This document shows positions 60,290-64,000 of a DNA stretch of 64,000 nt, one piece after another. The translations under genes and the position numbers were made by a program. The notes beneath the pieces were generated by a model. It saw only the letters and a program-made list of their open reading frames with translations. It made no database searches and was not told where the DNA came from. The DNA comes from Verrucomicrobiales bacterium (lineage in GTDB: Bacteria > Verrucomicrobiota > Verrucomicrobiia > Verrucomicrobiales > V1-33). The first letter of the stretch is position 1. The number at the start of each line of letters is the position of its first letter. The stretch spans positions 1 through 64,000 of the forward strand of contig JANOAV010000140.1 in NCBI GenBank assembly GCA_031411295.1, given 5' to 3'.

Positions 60290-61450
60290 TTAGGGTTGAG
60301 TCGGAGAGGCGATGCGTTCCGCTACCCGCAACTTGCAACTGCGGGCACGTGGGTTGGCTTGGATCTCTTGGGGAGTGGCCACCACGGCTTTCCGCATCAC
60401 CAGTTGGAAATGATAGTTGGGGTTGGGCCGCGGGCGGGGCCAGGACGGATGATCCAACTCGGCCTGGCTATGCTCCCGCAGGAAATGTTTCACAATCCGA
60501 TCTTCCAAACTATGAAATGTTAGGATAACCAGACGTCCCCCTACTGCCAACCACTGAGGAGCGGCCGCCAAGGCTAGTTCCAAGCTGGGTAGCTCCTGAT
60601 TTACCTCCAGCCGCAAGGCCTGAAACGTTCGGGTGGCAGGATGGGTCCGTCCCTTCTGGGGCACGACACTCGCTACGATGGCGGCAAGGTCTGTCGTCAA
60701 AAAAATCGCCTTCGTTGCCCGTCGCGCCACGATGGTCCGGGCAATGCGCCGAGCCGCCGGCTCCTCCCCATAAATTTCCAGCAAGCGACGCAACTCCGCT
60801 TCGTCCCAAGTGTTCACAATATCCTCTGCGCTGATCCCGGCATCGGGGTCAAATCTCATATCAAGTCTGCCCTCACGCATAAATGAAAATCCCCGTGCAG
60901 GGTTTTCCAACTGACGGGAACTGAGGCCCAAATCCAGGAAAATCCCGTCCAGCAATCGACTCACTCCAGCCGCTTCCATCAGGTTAGGGAAGTCTGCAAA
61001 ATTTGCCTGAAGGGCCGTGAAACGCTCGCCATAGATTGGTTCCAAGCGGTGCCGAGCCCGGGCAATGGCGGCTGGATCCCGATCCGTCGCGAGGACTTGT
61101 GCTCCATTTTCTAAAAAAAGTTGGGTGTGCCCAGCACCGCCCAAAGTCCCATCAAAAACCAATTTGCCCGGATCAGGCCGCAGAAAGTGCACGGATTCTG
61201 GCCCCATGATCGGCTTATGATAATCCTCGCCAGCCCAGCCGCGCTCGCCCGCGGAGCCTCCACTGCTCTGCTCCTCCTCGCTTTGTTGCAAGCGCCATCC
61301 AGCCAAGGGTCGCCCCGGGCCCGCGCTCATGGTAGGGGCTCCTTTGGGCCATAAGGCAAGATGATGACACATTGTTCCCACCCACCCACGCGGCCGCGGA
61401 CCCGAGGAGAGTCGGGCTGAGTGCGTTGGATTTAGGAATGGACTTGTCAT
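60290..61450 (-). CDS. rsmH: 16S rRNA m4C1402 methyltransferase (N-terminal extension; start uncertain)
   Basis: HKPIM, DGTLGGAGH, DLGLSS.QL....RGFSF, LDMR, FQALR.EVN.EL, FHSLEDR, NPRARS. Confidence 0.95.
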   Translation of the reverse strand: MTSPFLNPTHSARLSSGPRPRGWVGTMCHHLALWPKGAPTMSAGPGRPLAGWRLQQSEEEQSSGGSAGERGWAGEDYHKPIMGPESVHFLRPDPGKLVFDGTLGGAGHTQLFLENGAQVLATDRDPAAIARARHRLEPIYGERFTALQANFADFPNLMEAAGVSRLLDGIFLDLGLSSRQLENPARGFSFMREGRLDMRFDPDAGISAEDIVNTWDEAELRRLLEIYGEEPAARRIARTIVARRATKAIFLTTDLAAIVASVVPQKGRTHPATRTFQALRLEVNQELPSLELALAAAPQWLAVGGRLVILTFHSLEDRIVKHFLREHSQAELDHPSWPRPRPNPNYHFQLVMRKAVVATPQEIQANPRARSCKLRVAERIASPTQP

Positions 61451-61451
61451 C

Positions 61452-61538
61452 GGAATGTTTTTAGAATTACTCAGTATCCGCCAAGGGAATTTTTAGAATA
61501 ACTGCATCCAATGTAGCAAAACTATGCCTGATTATCAA
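61452..61538 (-). promoter_or_regulatory. Candidate dcw promoter with paired downstream repeats
   Basis: Minus strand TTGATA-N17-TACATT (61538-61510); TTTTTAGAAT(T/A)ACT at 61458-61471 and 61490-61503. Confidence 0.5.
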
Positions 61539-61658
61539 GACTTATTAAATAAATGCGTCCAAAAAATACTAGCTCCTACAAAAATTCAAATTTCCCTAAA
61601 TGCAAGCCTGCTTCTCGAAAATGCTGATTTGCGAGGTTACGGACCGGGAGCTATGAAA

Positions 61659-62918
61659 TTACGGATCGCATTTCACCTTGACCTCGCAACTGAAGATCAG
61701 TCCCGGGTCGCCCCGTTCGGCCAGCGTGTTTGCCAGCACGGCAATGGTTCGGCGTGGAATTGCGTCGTGCAGCGGCTTTCCTCCCACCACAATTTTCACA
61801 GCTTGCTCCAAATCCATCATGGCATCATTCAGGCGCACGATCACCTCCGAAGTGCCGCCAGGCTCAAGCTGGATCCTTTGCCCATGGCGCTGAGCCGTGA
61901 TGGTGACGCCGGATTTGGCCTGTCCTGCAGGAATGGCTAGCCAATAAAGGCGATCATGGGTGACGTCGTCCTGCCGCCAGACGATTTTATCTGGGTGTGG
62001 ATTGCGAGTGAACTTCTCCATCCATGGAATCGCCTTCCGATCCTGCAGGTCCATCCAGTGGCCCTTGCCCGCGTGGAGTTCGGTGAAATGTTCGTAGCCT
62101 GCCGGGTCGGCTGCACGCAACTTGTCGAGCTTGATACCCCAGGCGGAGGCCACTTCATTGCGCTTAAAGCCCATGTCATTGGCTCCTACTTGCAGGGCGA
62201 AGGGCACATTGCGCAAGCCATCAGGCACTGTTTCATTCGGATGGCCTGCCATCATGGCTGCTCCAGCCCAGCGATCCGCCATGCGCGGACCCAATTGGTA
62301 AACGCCATCGCCCCCGGCCGAGTAGCCCATAACGTAAACGCGATTGGGGTTCACGTGCTCCAAGATAATCATGTTTTCGATCAAGCGATCAAAGAGCGCG
62401 TCGATATGTGGCTCGTGCCAGAGATTCCAAGTATCGGTGGGAGCCCGGGGGGCCACGTAGATGCCTTCCGCAGGCTTGTATCCATTGGCCAGAGCGATCT
62501 GATTTTTCCACTGCGAATCATTAACCTCGGGAGCTGCATTACCACCGCCATGGAGCGAAATAAACAAGCTGCGACCTTCCGGAGTAGCGGTTCCGGGAAA
62601 GTCCACGGTGTCGAATTTCATCTTTTTACCTTGGGCCTCAATGACCTTGGCTTTCATTTCCGCTGTCCGCGTAGTGGTGATCCGAGTTACATGAGCGTCC
62701 CACAATAGTTTCTGTGCCTTGGCCGCATCGGCCTTGGTTAGCGCTACCTTGGTGAAGTCCCCCGAAGGAATCGCTCCTGCGGCCGGTGGAGGCTCCTTGA
62801 GCCACCCTTGCAGGGCCACCACGGCTTGGGCGGACTCCGCCGGGTTGGCAGACTCGGCACGCGCGGTCAAGTCCAGCCAGCAGGGGCAGATCAGAATGAG
62901 GAAAAATGCTAGTTTCAT
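61659..62918 (-). CDS. Secreted alpha/beta-hydrolase (esterase/peptidase-like)
   Basis: LHGGG, NRVYVMGYSAGG nucleophile elbow, GAND, GH. Confidence 0.8.
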   Translation of the reverse strand: MKLAFFLILICPCWLDLTARAESANPAESAQAVVALQGWLKEPPPAAGAIPSGDFTKVALTKADAAKAQKLLWDAHVTRITTTRTAEMKAKVIEAQGKKMKFDTVDFPGTATPEGRSLFISLHGGGNAAPEVNDSQWKNQIALANGYKPAEGIYVAPRAPTDTWNLWHEPHIDALFDRLIENMIILEHVNPNRVYVMGYSAGGDGVYQLGPRMADRWAGAAMMAGHPNETVPDGLRNVPFALQVGANDMGFKRNEVASAWGIKLDKLRAADPAGYEHFTELHAGKGHWMDLQDRKAIPWMEKFTRNPHPDKIVWRQDDVTHDRLYWLAIPAGQAKSGVTITAQRHGQRIQLEPGGTSEVIVRLNDAMMDLEQAVKIVVGGKPLHDAIPRRTIAVLANTLAERGDPGLIFSCEVKVKCDP

Positions 62919-63065
62919 GGTGCAAGCTACAAAATGCCTCCACGTGGGAAAGCAGGAAATCACGTAGTCCAGCCTGAGGAGCGGCGTTAGGTCAGGTGCC
63001 GACTGCGCCTTGCGTTTCTGCTGAGCTGCGGTTCCTTGACGCAATCTCCCAACCTCCTTTCCTCC

Positions 63066-63542
63066 ATGACCTTACAACCCGGATCGCTCGCGCCTCATTT
63101 CACTGCTTCTGTTATTGGTGGGGAATATGCCACCGAGACAACCATTTCCCTGAACGACTTTCTGGGCCAGGATCGCCCCGTGGTGCTTTATTTTTATCCC
63201 AAAGACAACACGCCCGGATGCACCAAGCAGGCGTGCGCGCTGCGGGATAACTGGTCGGAGGTGCGCGCCAAGGCGCAAATCTTCGGCGTCAGCACCGACA
63301 GCATTGCCAGTCATGCAAAATTTCAGAAGAAGCAGGATCTGCCCTTCCCCATCATCGCAGATCCAGAGAAAGCCATCGTGCAAGCCTATGGGGTGTGGGG
63401 GGAGAAGAGCCTCTACGGCATCAAATATACCGGCACGGATCGCAGCACGTTCATCATCAATCCAGACGGCACCATTCGCGCGGTGTTAGAGAAAGTTAAG
63501 GCCGGGCAGCATTTGGAGAAATTACTGGCCGCCCTGGCCTGA
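63066..63542 (+). CDS. bcp: Peroxiredoxin Q / bacterioferritin comigratory protein
   Basis: VVLYFYPKDNTPGCTKQAC, RSTFII. Confidence 0.93.
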   Translation: MTLQPGSLAPHFTASVIGGEYATETTISLNDFLGQDRPVVLYFYPKDNTPGCTKQACALRDNWSEVRAKAQIFGVSTDSIASHAKFQKKQDLPFPIIADPEKAIVQAYGVWGEKSLYGIKYTGTDRSTFIINPDGTIRAVLEKVKAGQHLEKLLAALA

Positions 63543-63549
63543 GGCTGGA

Positions 63550-64000
63550 CTACTTCGTCTCGCTAATGCCCATGTCGATGCTCTGACCGCCGATCGTTTG
63601 GTGGCAATGCACGGCAATGGAGTTCTTGCCGGGCTTCAGCGCGCGCATCGCCTCGTCACTAACGGGAAGCGGCACATAGGTGCCGACGAATTTCTCCACC
63701 TTGGCTGCCAGCACGCCATTGAGGTAGATCTCCGCATTCTCATCATGCAGCACATGGAGCGTGAGCTTGGCGGGAATCGTTTCTGGTAGGAGGAATTCCC
63801 GAAGGAGATAAATGTCAGGCGATTTCCACGGCGTGCCCACGTTGCCCACTTCGTTGCCGAACACACCAGGTCCACTCAACCAGCCCTTGGCGGTAAATTC
63901 AGGTTTGAACCAATCGGCGGCCGGTTGATCGAAGGAGTAGCTCCAGAGCATCGGCTCATCCATGGAGGTGGCTAGTATGAACGGATTCGGGTCTGGGGGC
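63550..64000 (-). CDS. C-terminal galactose-binding-like domain of a probable glycoside hydrolase (5' part outside window)
   Basis: W....F....W..G.G.FG, DIYLLREF, HDENAEIYLNG, NSIAVHCHQ..GGQ.ID. Confidence 0.65.
   Translation of the reverse strand, partial: PPDPNPFILATSMDEPMLWSYSFDQPAADWFKPEFTAKGWLSGPGVFGNEVGNVGTPWKSPDIYLLREFLLPETIPAKLTLHVLHDENAEIYLNGVLAAKVEKFVGTYVPLPVSDEAMRALKPGKNSIAVHCHQTIGGQSIDMGISETK

Overview
64-kb GC-rich bacterial chromosomal window, most consistent with Verrucomicrobiota (PVC-type membrane dehydrogenase, SHD1 protein, sulfatase, LysM gene between murD and ftsW, mostly SD-less pyrimidine-rich leaders). Left to right it contains: (1) a Wzy-type exopolysaccharide export/priming block; (2) large secreted redox proteins, one followed by a 2.3-kb insert bounded by a duplicated gene 3' end; (3) a vanadium haloperoxidase, a short stand-alone cyanophycin synthetase, and a small-ORF/wHTH divergent pair; (4) an AraC-linked sugar catabolic cluster (xylose-isomerase-like, DhnA aldolase, GlcD/GlcF, Gfo/Idh/MocA, PfkB) split by a UPF0175/DUF3368 toxin-antitoxin-like pair; (5) hisB, parE, a second such pair, a sulfatase, and a RAYT-type HUH transposase with an eroded active site; (6) an OGG-type glycosylase, tkt, and a dcw cluster (rsmH to murG) with no adjacent mraZ. 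Several REP/REPIN-like palindrome families lie in intergenic gaps. I saw no CRISPR array, rRNA or tRNA. The best novelty candidates are the sugar pathway, the RAYT/REP ensemble and the duplicated-3'-end cassette. All product calls come from motif recognition by eye, not database searches.
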